From Cycas panzhihuaensis (taxonomy: Eukaryota; Plantae; Cycadophyta): DNA of 64,000 nt. The notes below the pieces were generated by a model, which did not search any database, had not been told where the DNA came from, and saw nothing but the letters and a program-made list of their open reading frames with translations. The stretch lies in the NCBI GenBank assembly GCA_023213395.1, contig CM041465.1, positions 50,289,741 through 50,353,740 on the forward strand, read 5' to 3'. Positions 63,342 to 64,000 of this stretch are shown here, in pieces (the first letter of the stretch is position 1; every line of letters begins with the position of its first letter). The position numbers and the translations under genes were made by a program.

Positions 63342-64000
63342 TCATGATCCTTGCATAATTTTTCATCTCAAAGGTAGACGTGATGGCATCCCATGCTTCC
63401 TTAGGTAGTTTTTCTCTTTTAACATTTTTCAGTAGAGCTCCATTGATGGACATATTAATTAGTCCTAAGGCGAAGTCACTTTTATCTTCGTACTTTGCGT
63501 TTTCACAATCAGTGGCAATTTTCTCATCTAGTACAGGCATGTTATCCTACACAATTTGCCACAACCCATTTATTCAAAGTAAATTGGTCTTTTAGTGCTT
63601 CTAGGTGCCATAATTTTGAGCATTGATCAATTTGTTTGTTTGGGAGTTGAACATATTCTCACCTAGAATTATGTGGAGAATTAAAAAATTCACATAAAAA
63701 TCTTAAAAATCACACACAAAATTGGGCATTAAATAGCCTTGACAAACCACACATTATTATTTTATTATTATTATTTTGTGCTTTTAATATTTTTGATTAG
63801 ACACCACATAGGGAGTTGGAATATTACCATGTGGCCACTACAGAAAGGTGCAAATTTAAATTACAAAGTGAAGTGTATTCTCATATTTTGATTTGGGCTG
63901 CTAAAAAAGTTAGAAATAGATTTTACACTTTATGAGGACATGTGACTTGGGGACCTTCGTTTGGGGGCTAGCTATTGAAACTCAAAAGTTATAAACAATG

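Larger units (their letters stand above)
31545..64000 (+). other. Probable giant first intron of STE1 (>32 kb, open at window end)
   Basis: GT donor at 31545. No ORF resembling the expected continuation (DAIP...AMKAMPWY...HRELH) in the rest of the window. Confidence 0.65.
48936..64000 (-). mobile_element. Degenerate Ty1/Copia element (Copia-4), host of two insertions; 5' LTR beyond the window
   Basis: Candidate 3' LTR TGTTTGA...TCAAACA 48936-49122 with PPT at 49123-49132. RNase H 49154-49434 continues at 57035. RT ~57250-58250, integrase ~58650-59450, gag 59967-60399 and 63342-63630. Confidence 0.88.

Overview
AT-rich plant nuclear DNA, probably from a large-genome land plant (the lineage cannot be fixed from sequence alone). 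About 90% is decayed or nested retroelements. There is one clear host gene: exon 1 of a Delta7-sterol C5-desaturase (STE1/DWF7 family, + strand, 31163-31544). It sits in a CpG-retaining island and has an unusual ~55-aa signal-peptide-like N-terminal extension. No exon 2 is visible, so the following intron appears to exceed 32 kb. Upstream of the gene: (i) the 3' part of a Tat-like Gypsy element with an antisense, apparently spliced plant-mobile-domain (PMD) ORF and a stand-alone archaeal-type RNase H split by a 2.5-kb solo LTR; (ii) an L1-type LINE interrupted by two Copia elements, one full-length with a TCAAA TSD and one with a duplicated integrase segment and a double PBS. The intron holds nested elements. 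An old Gypsy contains a Reina-like chromovirus (TSD GATAT), which contains a very young non-autonomous Copia derivative. A minus-strand Copia hosts a second Copia (TSD CTGAC) and a 2.9-kb LTR element (TSD TCATG). The most unusual object is the young non-autonomous element (37584-42913). It has near-identical LTRs and no intact ORF, and carries a ~2-kb array of ~65-bp hairpin units with compensating stem changes, joined by a conserved TTGGYGRCA linker upstream of a duplicated gag start. All alignments and identities were done by eye and are approximate.
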